The translations under genes and the position numbers were made by a program. The notes below the pieces were generated by a model that ran no database searches, was not told the DNA's origin, and saw only the letters and a program-made list of their open reading frames with translations. This document shows, piece after piece, positions 1 through 7,653 of a stretch of DNA of 62,152 bases. The DNA is taken from positions 1-62,152 of the IMG/VR virus record IMGVR_UViG_3300035168_000171, one strand, 5' to 3'. Positions within the stretch are counted from its first letter, which is position 1. Each line of letters begins with the position of its first letter. This DNA comes from a virus (lineage: Duplodnaviria > Caudoviricetes).

Positions 1-165
1 ATCCGCAACGAAGTTGAGATCCTGAAGTTCGGCCTCGGTGTCTGCCGCAGCCGGGACTGACGTCCCTTCCACGTACCCCATGCGAAGATCAGTCGCGCCA
101 AGGTCGTCCCACCCACCTTGCATCAATATGAGCTTGCCTCGGTTCGTCAGCCAATGGTTTGCCAT
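1..165 (-). CDS. 5' part of the virion fibre-associated protein (duplicate of 60947..61408, truncated by the window edge)
   Basis: Starts MANHWLTNRGK like 60947..61408. Confidence 0.85.
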   Translation of the reverse strand, partial: MANHWLTNRGKLILMQGGWDDLGATDLRMGYVEGTSVPAAADTEAELQDLNFVAD

Positions 166-212
166 GTAGTTTCTCCCTTACGATCCCAGATGCCTGGAAT
201 CTAGCCTGTCTG

Positions 213-581
213 TCAGCTGCTGTACATCTGATCGGGATCATTTGCCCCGAGTAGACCTGTGACAGCAGCCGCAGCAAGTCCGACAAGGACGGGTGCGGCA
301 ATCCCTCGTTTGACTCGGCGGTCGGCTACGAGCGTGAGCCCGAACGCGAGCCATGTTCCCATGCACCAAGGACAGTGCCACATATGGAACAATTTCGGCC
401 AGCGTGTTTCTTCTTCATCTTCCGGCTCGAGCGCACCACCAAGTTCGGCCGAATCAGTGACTTCGACCTTGACACCGAACAACCAACCGCGGGCCCGACG
501 TGAGATCACGTCGACAGCGATGAGTCGCCAGAGACGGTAAGCGGCACCGCCGATGAGGGGAACGGCGATGAGCGGATTCAC
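213..581 (-). CDS. Small membrane protein, DUF1360-like
   Basis: Hydrophobic segments and a WHCPWC motif; GTG start overlaps the upstream TGA; frame is conserved in the second repeat copy. Confidence 0.7.
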   Translation of the reverse strand: MNPLIAVPLIGGAAYRLWRLIAVDVISRRARGWLFGVKVEVTDSAELGGALEPEDEEETRWPKLFHMWHCPWCMGTWLAFGLTLVADRRVKRGIAAPVLVGLAAAAVTGLLGANDPDQMYSS

Positions 582-949
582 GCCGGGAACGGAATCGGTT
601 TGCCAGACTCCGTCCACATCTCCGGTTCCGGTTCAGCGGGCAGCTGCGCAAGGAAGTTGCGGGCCGGGCCGCGGAGATGCTTGGGGGTTTGACAGCCACA
701 GGAGGCACGAGCGAAAGCGAAGTCGGTCGGGCCCTCGGCGAGGAGTGTGCCGGAGAGAACTCGCCCTCGGATGCGGGGCTCTTCGGTGAAGCGGAGGGTG
801 ACGGGGTAGACGTCGCTGCTCTCCGGGAAGAGGGCAAATTCGGTGTTGGCAGTCTGGATGAGTCTGGCGCGAAAGGCGCCGGTGGACCCGATCTGGGCCG
901 TGCCGAAACTGTCAACCTTCCGGCTGGTGACTTGTCGCTTCGCCTTCAA
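578..949 (-). CDS. Hypothetical protein (CGC motif)
   Basis: The second repeat copy encodes the same protein through synonymous changes plus a 2-aa indel, which supports coding status. Confidence 0.85.
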   Translation of the reverse strand: MKAKRQVTSRKVDSFGTAQIGSTGAFRARLIQTANTEFALFPESSDVYPVTLRFTEEPRIRGRVLSGTLLAEGPTDFAFARASCGCQTPKHLRGPARNFLAQLPAEPEPEMWTESGKPIPFPA

Positions 950-958
950 TGGACCCTC

Positions 959-2611
959 CTACGTGCGGGCGGACTTCTTCCCGCGGTGCCAGCGTATCAT
1001 TGCACCGGGCCTTCTGCTAACAGCCCGCATCGCGGTGCTTGTACCTGGGAAGCTGGCAGTGACATCCTCGAAGCCGGCACGGCCCCACAGGTAGGTACAG
1101 GCCCAGACCATCGCATCCATCCGGTCCGGGCTCTCGGTAGTGACACCCTCGACGTACGTCGTGAGTTCCTCTTCGAGGAGGGGGTGGTGACCGACAAGGT
1201 GGCCCCGGAAGTCGTCCCGCTCCCAGAGGAGAGCGATCGGCTCGGCGCGGGCGCCCTTCGACCCCCGGCCCCGTGCCGTGGCCGGAATGATGGTGATCTC
1301 ATCGAGGAGGTCGGCTGCTTTCAACACGGCTCGGATCGCGTCGCCGCCGGAGTCATTCTCCGGGATGATCGGCGCATTGTGCGTGATGGCAAGATCAACT
1401 GCGACTCGAGACCATTGTTCGGCGGTGCGTCCCTTCAGGCTGGCGTCCTCAACGACGTAGAGGTGCCTGTCGTTCGTCATGTGGACGAGGCTGATGCCCG
1501 TCGTGCCGGTGCTGTTCGCCGGGTCGACACCCACAGCTGAGCGGGTGATGTGCCGGTCCTCGTCAGCGAGCATTGCGTAGAAGTCTGCGATATCCGGGAT
1601 CCTCGAGCGCTCCAGGTGTTCCTGCACCCAGTATGCGCCTTCAACATCCTCGAGCACCTGCCCGAGGACCTCTTGCGCGTAAAGGCGGGTGCCCTTGTAC
1701 ATCCGCTCGAGTTCTTCGAGCCAGAGCGGGTCGGCGTGCTTGTTATCATGTGCAGTTGCGGCAGAGATCGCGACGGATTTGTCTTTCTTCCAGTCCCGGA
1801 TGATCTTCAGCGGCCGTGGGGTGGTGGTGCAGATCCACTTCGCCCCTTTCCTGCGTCGGCTGAGGCGGGCCTGACGTTCGGCCTCAACGATCTGCGGATT
1901 CGCGGCAGCTTCCTCAAACCAGTCCGCATCGACGTTGCCGACCGCGCGCAAGCGGTCCGTATCTCGAGGTGTGGGCGTGCCAATGACGTAGCACACAGAT
2001 CCGTTCGGCCAGACCAACTGCGCGCCCCCGGGGTGGGCTGGTTTCCAGCGGACTTGGTAGTTGCTGGCAGCGAGAATCCCGGACGGGCCTTCGACGCAGG
2101 ATGCGACGGCGTCACCGAAGCTAGGCGCGATGATCCGGCCGCGAAGGGAGGGCCGGCTGGACATGAAACGGTGCAACCACCTCGAGCCGGCGTACGTCTT
2201 GCCGGCGTTTCTGCCGGCGAGCATCACCCAGCCTGTGATGCCGTTATCCGGGTCGTCGTGCTCCGGGGGCGGGATCTGGTGGCTGGCGAGGGCCTGGCCG
2301 GAGTGGGGGGCGAGTCGCTCGAGCGCTTCGGCGACTTGGGCTGCGAAGCCGTCGTCGGGTTCGGGGTCGCCGTAAATGACATCCCCGTTCTGCTGTCGTG
2401 CGATTGGAATTTGGACGGGCGCCGGAAGGGCCGGGCCGGACGGCGGTGCGAAGACTTTCCCGGCCGGGACTCCGCGATCTCGCTCTTGGAGGACGTGTGC
2501 GAAGAGTACGCCTGTGACATCCGGAGTGGGCGGGACCGTCTGGAGGAGGGACCGGAAGTCAACGGGCGGGGGAGGGCCGGAAGAGAGGTCGTCGTCCGGG
2601 TCGTAGAGCAC
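959..2611 (-). CDS. terL: Terminase large subunit
   Basis: Walker A AGRNAGKT, Walker B DWFEE, coupling motif TTTP, nuclease VGVDPA and SPDRMDA; Pro-rich N-terminal extension. Confidence 0.93.
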   Translation of the reverse strand: MLYDPDDDLSSGPPPPVDFRSLLQTVPPTPDVTGVLFAHVLQERDRGVPAGKVFAPPSGPALPAPVQIPIARQQNGDVIYGDPEPDDGFAAQVAEALERLAPHSGQALASHQIPPPEHDDPDNGITGWVMLAGRNAGKTYAGSRWLHRFMSSRPSLRGRIIAPSFGDAVASCVEGPSGILAASNYQVRWKPAHPGGAQLVWPNGSVCYVIGTPTPRDTDRLRAVGNVDADWFEEAAANPQIVEAERQARLSRRRKGAKWICTTTPRPLKIIRDWKKDKSVAISAATAHDNKHADPLWLEELERMYKGTRLYAQEVLGQVLEDVEGAYWVQEHLERSRIPDIADFYAMLADEDRHITRSAVGVDPANSTGTTGISLVHMTNDRHLYVVEDASLKGRTAEQWSRVAVDLAITHNAPIIPENDSGGDAIRAVLKAADLLDEITIIPATARGRGSKGARAEPIALLWERDDFRGHLVGHHPLLEEELTTYVEGVTTESPDRMDAMVWACTYLWGRAGFEDVTASFPGTSTAMRAVSRRPGAMIRWHRGKKSART

Positions 2612-2618
2612 GCGGCGG

Positions 2619-2648
2619 ATTGTAACAGGGGGCGGGGGCGGATGTCAG
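2619..2648 (-). promoter_or_regulatory. Leaderless promoter for terL
   Basis: CTGACA-N18-TACAAT, 7 nt upstream of the GTG start at 2611. Confidence 0.6.
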
Positions 2649-2758
2649 GCCCGGCGCCTGGAGAAGATGAAGATGAAGAGGAGGAGGAGGAGGGCGAGGA
2701 TGATGAAGATGGTCCAGAGCACGAGGAGGGGTACCCCGTCAGGGTGGGGGTGAATCAT
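2645..2758 (-). CDS. 37-aa single-pass membrane protein
   Basis: MIHPHPDGVPLLVLWTIFIILALLLLLFIFIFSRRRA; below the ORF-track size cutoff. Confidence 0.55.
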   Translation of the reverse strand: MIHPHPDGVPLLVLWTIFIILALLLLLFIFIFSRRRA

Positions 2759-2885
2759 GGACGTCGCTCATGACGTGGATTGCGAAATCGGGGGTAGAAG
2801 CGAAATGCTGGTGGCAGGTCGGGCAGCGGCGGATGAAGGTTTGGTTGTTGTGCTTGCAGCGTAAGAGGAGGGCGCGGCGTGACAT
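2739..2885 (-). CDS. Small C2H2 zinc-finger-like protein
   Basis: CPTC...F...H...H; start overlaps the upstream stop (TGATG). Confidence 0.5.
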   Translation of the reverse strand: MSRRALLLRCKHNNQTFIRRCPTCHQHFASTPDFAIHVMSDVHDSPPP

Positions 2886-3043
2886 CAGGGTCCTTTCGGG
2901 TCCGGGCGTGTTTGGAGTTCGGTTTCGAGAACAGCAATGCGTTCGCGTAGTGCGATGTTCTCGGCTTTCAGACGTCTGAGGGCGTTCGTGAGGGCGGCCG
3001 ATTCGGCGTAATCGTTGAAGCCGTAGTAAGGGCCGTGAATCAC
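2885..3043 (-). CDS. Small coiled-coil protein
   Basis: GTGA overlap with the upstream gene; LKAENIALRERIAVLE heptads. Confidence 0.55.
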   Translation of the reverse strand: MIHGPYYGFNDYAESAALTNALRRLKAENIALRERIAVLETELQTRPDPKGP

Positions 3044-3237
3044 ACTGGGTCCTGGAAGTCTTCGTCGGTGACGGGGCGATCGGGGAGGAAGGGGTAGGTG
3101 ATGAGGAGGGTGATGAGGGCGAGAAGGAGGAGGCCGGTGATGCGGAGGGGGCTGAGGACGGGGAAGAGGGGGGAGAGGATGAGGAGGATGAGGCACCAGG
3201 GGACGGTTAGGGCGGAGATGAAAGCGACGAGGCGCAC
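3040..3237 (-). CDS. Small membrane protein
   Basis: Two hydrophobic segments; start position uncertain. Confidence 0.5.
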   Translation of the reverse strand: MRLVAFISALTVPWCLILLILSPLFPVLSPLRITGLLLLALITLLITYPFLPDRPVTDEDFQDPV

Positions 3238-3491
3238 GAGGACAGTGTAGCAGAGGGAAGGGAGATTGTACAATATGGGAGGGGGGTCTCGTGGGCGAAA
3301 GGTGTCGAGTGCGGGCTCGGCAAGCCGTCCCCACGGTACAGGCCACCCCCAGTCGAGCTTGGCAGACGCGCGAGACCCCTGCCAGAGCGGCGCCAGCAAG
3401 CGGATACCCAATCGAGGCCTGCAGGCCAAGCAGACAATGCTACTTCAAGCCAGCCAAGCGAGGCAGTGCTCAGATTTCAAGCAGAAATGTC

Positions 3492-3520
3492 TGGACATTC
3501 GGCTTCCAATGTTGTACAAT
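3492..3520 (+). promoter_or_regulatory. Early promoter P1
   Basis: TGGACA-N17-TACAAT. Confidence 0.85.
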
Positions 3521-3569
3521 GAAATCATCAGGTCGGAGCATCCAGCCCCGCCAGACAGTCAGGATCCAC

Positions 3570-3752
3570 ATGCTCACTCAGGACTACGTCAACAGCCTCG
3601 AGCGCCTCGCGCGCCTCGACCTCGGCCCCGACGCCCACCCAGATGACGTCACGTACCACATCGGGTACCTCCTCGACCTCACGGCCGCTCAGTTCCAACG
3701 CTACCTCGCGCGCCTCGGCCTCCACTCCGGCCCCCGCAACAGGTGCTTCTGA
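3570..3752 (+). CDS. Small early protein
   Basis: MLTQDYVNS..., AGGA upstream, directly after P1. Confidence 0.7.
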   Translation: MLTQDYVNSLERLARLDLGPDAHPDDVTYHIGYLLDLTAAQFQRYLARLGLHSGPRNRCF

Positions 3753-3763
3753 CATCGATTGCC

Positions 3764-3806
3764 GCCAGACAGGCAGGCTCCCGGGTTCAAGCCCCGGGCT
3801 GGCACT
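3764..3806 (+). ncRNA. tRNA-like mini-element R1
   Basis: GCCAG-acaggcaggct-CCCGGG-TTCAAGC-CCCGGG-CTGGC-ACT. Confidence 0.75.
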
Positions 3807-3843
3807 CCGGTCCACTCAGGACCGGGAGAACAGGATTGACCAC

Positions 3844-3975
3844 ATGACCACCACCAACCCGTGGGGTATCCACTGTGTCGACTGCACAGTCGAGCAGCCC
3901 TGCCCCCGCTGTGCCGAGCAGATTGCCGCCGAGCACGCCTACCTCCTCCGTACACGTCACGATCACGACGCCTAG
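3844..3975 (+). CDS. Small CxxC...CxxC zinc-binding protein
   Basis: MTTTNPWGIHCVDCTVEQPCPRC; GGAG/AGGA RBS. Confidence 0.65.
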   Translation: MTTTNPWGIHCVDCTVEQPCPRCAEQIAAEHAYLLRTRHDHDA

Positions 3976-4012
3976 CCAGCAGGCATCCGGGTGCGAGCCC
4001 CGGATAGGCACT
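3970..4012 (+). ncRNA. tRNA-like mini-element R2
   Basis: GCCTA-gccagcaggca-TCCGGG-TGCGAGC-CCCGGA-TAGGC-ACT. Confidence 0.75.
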
Positions 4013-4046
4013 CCAGGCCCACGCCTGGGAGAACAGGATTGACCAC

Positions 4047-4205
4047 ATGACAGCAGCAAGCAAGCTGCATGCCTACCAGGCAGCAGTTGACTTCAAGTTC
4101 GATCACACGGTCGAGGGCACGCCAGCTTGGCACGCCGCCGACCAGGAGTGCGATCGGCTCTGCTACGACTTCGTCGTAGCTAGCCACCGGGAGCGCGACT
4201 TGTGA
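4047..4205 (+). CDS. Small early protein (52 aa)
   Basis: MTAASKLHAYQ...; same start-associated sequence as 3844; GTGA overlap with the next gene. Confidence 0.65.
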   Translation: MTAASKLHAYQAAVDFKFDHTVEGTPAWHAADQECDRLCYDFVVASHRERDL

Positions 4206-4438
4206 AGGCCGAGCTCATCACCCAGGTCCGCGAGGACGACCACGAGTTGTTCCTCATCCGCTACAAGTGCGAACTTTGGGCCTTCGTCTACCACGACGAC
4301 CCAGCACTTGACTTCGTCGTCGACCCGGCAGGCTACTGCCGAACCGACATCTGGGACCCCTTCGGCGCCTACAGCCACCCGATGGTCCCAGAGGACCTCT
4401 GGGTCGAGGTCGAGAACTTGATCACAGCCAACAACTAA
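4202..4438 (+). CDS. Small early protein
   Basis: ORF track; translational coupling. Confidence 0.7.
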   Translation: MKAELITQVREDDHELFLIRYKCELWAFVYHDDPALDFVVDPAGYCRTDIWDPFGAYSHPMVPEDLWVEVENLITANN

Positions 4439-4464
4439 CCCGTCGAGTCAAGGACCTCGACGGC

Positions 4465-4509
4465 GCCCTCACCAGCAGGCACCCAGGCGCGAGCCCTGGG
4501 GAGGGCACT
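4465..4509 (+). ncRNA. tRNA-like mini-element R3
   Basis: GCCCTC-accagcaggca-CCCAGG-CGCGAGC-CCTGGG-GAGGGC-ACT. Confidence 0.75.
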
Positions 4510-4532
4510 CGACTACCAGAAGGGAATTGACC

Positions 4533-4763
4533 ATGACAGGAGCCGAGCTCATCAAGGCGGCCCAAGCGGGCGACTTCGCCCACTTGGCCCCCAGGGACAG
4601 TGCCGAGGACACCCTCCAGCTCTACCTGGACTGCAACCACTTGGCCCGGCTGGGTGGCGCTCCCTGCGTCATCTGCGAGTCCCCGGATCACGCAGCCGAG
4701 GATTGCCCAGATGGGGCAGCCTGGGACGCGCTCGAGCAGGACCCGGCAGACCGGGAGTTCTGA
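4533..4763 (+). CDS. Small protein with CxxC-x4-H-x4-C zinc knuckle
   Basis: CVICESPDHAAEDCP. Confidence 0.7.
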   Translation: MTGAELIKAAQAGDFAHLAPRDSAEDTLQLYLDCNHLARLGGAPCVICESPDHAAEDCPDGAAWDALEQDPADREF

Positions 4764-4769
4764 TTGATC

Positions 4770-4812
4770 GCCTGACCGGCAGGCATCGAGGTTCGAGCCC
4801 TCGACAGGCACT
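4770..4812 (+). ncRNA. tRNA-like mini-element R4
   Basis: GCCTG-accggcaggca-TCGAGG-TTCGAGC-CCTCGA-CAGGC-ACT. Confidence 0.78.
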
Positions 4813-4845
4813 CCGCCACCCAGGCGGATGACAAGGAGAACAGCA

Positions 4846-4995
4846 ATGAGCAACTACCCCGACAGGCTCGTCCAGAAGGACGGCACGGTCATCCGGCCGG
4901 CCGTCGACCCGGACTCCCTGCGCAGGCAGGCCCACATCCGGCGCGAGCGCGATGCCCTCGCCCGCTTGATCTTCGAAGTGGAATCGACGACGTGA
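4846..4995 (+). CDS. Small early protein (49 aa)
   Basis: AAGGAG RBS; MSNYPDRLVQKDG. Confidence 0.65.
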   Translation: MSNYPDRLVQKDGTVIRPAVDPDSLRRQAHIRRERDALARLIFEVESTT

Positions 4996-5126
4996 GCCCG
5001 GCAGACGACCTCATCGAGGGCATCGAGCCCGAGATCCACGAAGAGGTGATCCGTTGGATCGCCGACCACTACCCAGAGGTCGCCCAGGCGGCGATGGAGT
5101 GGTTCGTGATGCCGCTTGAAGGGTGA
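4992..5126 (+). CDS. Small early protein (44 aa)
   Basis: GTGA overlap; acidic helical peptide. Confidence 0.55.
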   Translation: MSPADDLIEGIEPEIHEEVIRWIADHYPEVAQAAMEWFVMPLEG

Positions 5127-5163
5127 CTGGCAGGCACCGGGGTTCGAGCCCCCGGCACCCACT
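5121..5163 (+). ncRNA. tRNA-like mini-element R5
   Basis: GGGTG-actggcaggca-CCGGGG-TTCGAGC-CCCCGG-CACCC-ACT. Confidence 0.78.
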
Positions 5164-5191
5164 GGGAACCAGAGATCTTCCCACAAATGTC

Positions 5192-5220
5192 TGGACAAAC
5201 CAGCTTGAACATGTTACAAT
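5192..5220 (+). promoter_or_regulatory. Early promoter P2 (leaderless)
   Basis: TGGACA-N17-TACAAT-6nt-ATG. Confidence 0.85.
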
Positions 5221-5226
5221 GATCTC

Positions 5227-5604
5227 ATGACCAACGACAAGGAGAATCAGATGACACCAGCAGCCAAAGTACTGCTCCAACTCGCCGAGCGAGTGACGGG
5301 CGCTGAGCGCGAGCTCGAGAAGGGCCCGCTCTACTGGGTCAACAGCCGAGCCGAGCGAGTCGCCAAAGCCCTCGCCGAGGGCGAGAACATGAATAGCCTT
5401 GGCGAACTCCAGTCCACTGGCCCCGGCTTCGATGTGGCAATCGCCACCCTCGAAGCCTACGCCAGCGCCTTCGCCACCGCCCTCCGCGCCCTCCAGGGCG
5501 AGCCCCTCGACCAAGGAGAGAGCGATTGGCTCGACCATATCATCGACGGCTCCCCGCGCCTGACCAACATCCGACGCCAGATCATCAAGGAGATGGTCAA
5601 GTGA
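5227..5604 (+). CDS. Hypothetical helical protein
   Basis: ORF track; alternative start at 5251 with AAGGAG. Confidence 0.75.
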   Translation: MTNDKENQMTPAAKVLLQLAERVTGAERELEKGPLYWVNSRAERVAKALAEGENMNSLGELQSTGPGFDVAIATLEAYASAFATALRALQGEPLDQGESDWLDHIIDGSPRLTNIRRQIIKEMVK

Positions 5605-5816
5605 CCGCCGCCCGCTGCCAGGGTAAGCGCCAGATGTGGCGCAATCACCGGTTCGGCACGTTCAAGTGCGGAAACAAGGCCACCTGGATCGTCACCACCC
5701 AGGTCGGCACCAGCCAGCGCCATTACTGCTGCGACGACTGCGATTGCTACCGCTCGATCGCGCAGGGGTACCCCACCAGCAACACCCAAATCAACCAGAC
5801 AGGAGACAGCAAGTGA
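5601..5816 (+). CDS. Cys-rich small protein
   Basis: GTGA overlap; CCDDCDC. Confidence 0.6.
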   Translation: MTAARCQGKRQMWRNHRFGTFKCGNKATWIVTTQVGTSQRHYCCDDCDCYRSIAQGYPTSNTQINQTGDSK

Positions 5817-6031
5817 CCGTAACCGAACTCCAGGCAGCCCTCCAGGCAGCCCTCGACAGGGGGCTGCCACCGGAGACCACAGTCGTCATCGAATTGGACC
5901 ACAACTTCGAGTTCTGCGTCGCCAAGCTCCTCGGCGACCCGAGCGAAGAGGACCCCGGCTGCGACATGTGGTTCACCCTCAGTTACGGCGAAGTGGCCGA
6001 CTGCCGCTCCACCCCCGGGGGGATGCCATGA
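5813..6031 (+). CDS. Hypothetical protein
   Basis: AGGAG RBS; GTGA overlap. Confidence 0.6.
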   Translation: MTVTELQAALQAALDRGLPPETTVVIELDHNFEFCVAKLLGDPSEEDPGCDMWFTLSYGEVADCRSTPGGMP

Positions 6032-6225
6032 TGTTCACCGCACAGCAGGCCCGCTCGAAGGCCAGGTGGGTGTCCCAGTACGTCAAGGGAGCCTACGGCA
6101 TCCAGATCATCGAGGACTTCGATTCAGGTTCAGCCTGGGTCCGCTTCCGCAACAGTTGTGGTAACGAGCGGACCATCAGCAACCTGGAAGAGTTCATCGC
6201 CTACCGTGACACGGAGGGCCAGTGA
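6028..6225 (+). CDS. Hypothetical protein
   Basis: ATGA overlap. Confidence 0.6.
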   Translation: MMFTAQQARSKARWVSQYVKGAYGIQIIEDFDSGSAWVRFRNSCGNERTISNLEEFIAYRDTEGQ

Positions 6226-6563
6226 TCCAGACCTTCCTCCCCGTCTACGCCGCCCTCCGGCTCACGGGCCCACCCAAGCCGACCGTCCTCGGCGCCTGCA
6301 TCCGGATTCTGCTCCTCGCAGTCCTCGCCCCCTTCGTCGTCCTGGGTCTCATCCTCACCCTGCTTGTCCGCCTCATTCAAGCCGAGGCCCCTGCCAGACG
6401 CCCCGAGCCGCCCCCGTTCGACTACAAGCAATGGCAGGTCCGAGCCGCTCGCGCCAAGCAAGCTCGCAACATCGACGCCGCTCGTCGGCGCCAAGCCAAC
6501 AAGCTCCGCGGATTCGCCGGCTCCGTCGCCGAACTCCGCCAAATACAAGGAGAGACAGAATGA
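6222..6563 (+). CDS. Membrane protein
   Basis: Long hydrophobic segment; GGAGG RBS. Confidence 0.65.
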   Translation: MIQTFLPVYAALRLTGPPKPTVLGACIRILLLAVLAPFVVLGLILTLLVRLIQAEAPARRPEPPPFDYKQWQVRAARAKQARNIDAARRRQANKLRGFAGSVAELRQIQGETE

Positions 6564-6629
6564 CCTACCTCGAAGCCTTCGCCCCCGCTTGGGTGGCAGC
6601 CCTACTCGACCTGGCGGGTCAGATTCCGC

Positions 6630-6658
6630 TGGACGACCGGCCCTCGTCATAGTACAAT
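6630..6658 (+). promoter_or_regulatory. Early promoter P3 (leaderless)
   Basis: TGGACG-N17-TACAAT-7nt-ATG (6666). Confidence 0.75.
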
Positions 6659-6665
6659 GTCACTC

Positions 6666-6941
6666 ATGACCGAGACTCAGACCCTCCCAGCTGCGGCATT
6701 CGTCGCCCAGTATCCGCCCAACCACTGGAACGAGAGCGAGGACTGGATGACCGAGCTCAGGGAGCAATTGCTCGATCCATTCTCAGCCGGCATCCTGACC
6801 GAACTCATCCGAGCCTTCCAAGACGGTGAGGCTCAGGTCAACCCCGTCATCGTCGACCCGCAGGGGGTCGTAGACGGCCACTCACGGACCCTCGCCCTCT
6901 GGATTGCGGGCCTCCCAATCAACTTCGAGGTCCGGCCGTGA
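6666..6941 (+). CDS. ParB/sulfiredoxin N-terminal-like protein
   Basis: PVIVD..GVVDGHSR motif. Confidence 0.6.
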   Translation: MTETQTLPAAAFVAQYPPNHWNESEDWMTELREQLLDPFSAGILTELIRAFQDGEAQVNPVIVDPQGVVDGHSRTLALWIAGLPINFEVRP

Positions 6942-7201
6942 GTCCGCACCAATTCGCAGTTGGCGACCCAATCCGAACCTCAGTCACCATCCGCTCCGGC
7001 CGCTATCGGGACCGTCCCGGCTTCGTCGTCACCGTCAACCACGGCGGCGGGCCCGCAGGCGCACCCGAGTACGGGGTCATCCTCGGCACCACTCGACCGC
7101 AATGGCGCCGGGAACCGGACCGCACTCACGAGGTCCTCTACGACAGCGACCAGATTGCCTGGTTCGCCCCTCACGAGCTCAACCCCCGCCCGGAGCACTG
7201 A
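6938..7201 (+). CDS. Hypothetical protein (SH3/KOW-like)
   Basis: FAVGDPIR...WFAPHEL pattern. Confidence 0.55.
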   Translation: MSPHQFAVGDPIRTSVTIRSGRYRDRPGFVVTVNHGGGPAGAPEYGVILGTTRPQWRREPDRTHEVLYDSDQIAWFAPHELNPRPEH

Positions 7202-7622
7202 CAGGCACCGCAATCTCCGAGGATTCCGCCTCGATTGCCAACAACTGCTGTCGCAACACCCCCGGCGCTCGTGCACGTACCTCCGCAGGCAGGTCCAACG
7301 CCTCCAACGTTGCCAACAGCACACGCGCCACCAACTCCGCTCTGCGCTCCTCAACCTTGACAACCCGCTCCTCCAGGCCCAATCTCACGGCCGTCTCAGA
7401 CGCCTTCCTCAATGCCTCCCTCTCACCCCTGTACAACCTCAACCACGGCGCCCACTCTTCAAGCAAGCTATCATCCGTCGGGGCCTCCGACACTTTCACC
7501 CCCAACCAAGCAACATGCCCCGCCCCCCTTCTCACCTCCTCAAGCAATGCCATGAACGGATTGATGCCTCTCTCCGCCCCGTACCTCCGGGCTTGTTCCT
7601 TTGCAATTTCCACGTTACTCAT
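7179..7622 (-). CDS. Probable terminase small subunit-like protein
   Basis: P..ALLEEVRR.AGHVAWL...WLRLY..ER...GLEER pattern typical of proteins encoded upstream of TerL in actinophages; GGGAGG RBS. Confidence 0.6.
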   Translation of the reverse strand: MSNVEIAKEQARRYGAERGINPFMALLEEVRRGAGHVAWLGVKVSEAPTDDSLLEEWAPWLRLYRGEREALRKASETAVRLGLEERVVKVEERRAELVARVLLATLEALDLPAEVRARAPGVLRQQLLAIEAESSEIAVPVSAPGGG

Positions 7623-7635
7623 TGTACAACCTCCC

Positions 7636-7653
7636 TGCCACATTAATGTGGCA
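7636..7653. promoter_or_regulatory. Perfect 18-bp palindrome
   Basis: TGCCACATTAATGTGGCA; degenerate copy TGCCACATTATCCTGGCA at 7707-7724. Confidence 0.65.

Larger units (their letters stand above)
1..915. repeat. Terminal direct repeat, copy 1 (diverged)
   Basis: Matches 61244-62152. The first 99 nt and last 127 nt are identical; the middle has many mostly synonymous substitutions and one 6-nt indel. Confidence 0.95.

Noticed and set aside
1-915. Diversity-generating retroelement TR/VR pair with 61244-62152
   Set aside because: No reverse transcriptase; the differences are mainly synonymous, not adenine-specific, and the copies sit at the contig ends.
677-2773. Long plus-strand ORFs opposite terL (also 8023..9150, 11212..12549, 58965..60107 and similar)
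   Set aside because: Antisense shadows of high-GC genes with no motifs or RBS.
3764-5163. CRISPR array or canonical tRNA genes
   Set aside because: The repeats are conserved in structure, not sequence; the intervening segments are 160-450 nt protein-coding genes; the elements have no anticodon arm or encoded CCA.
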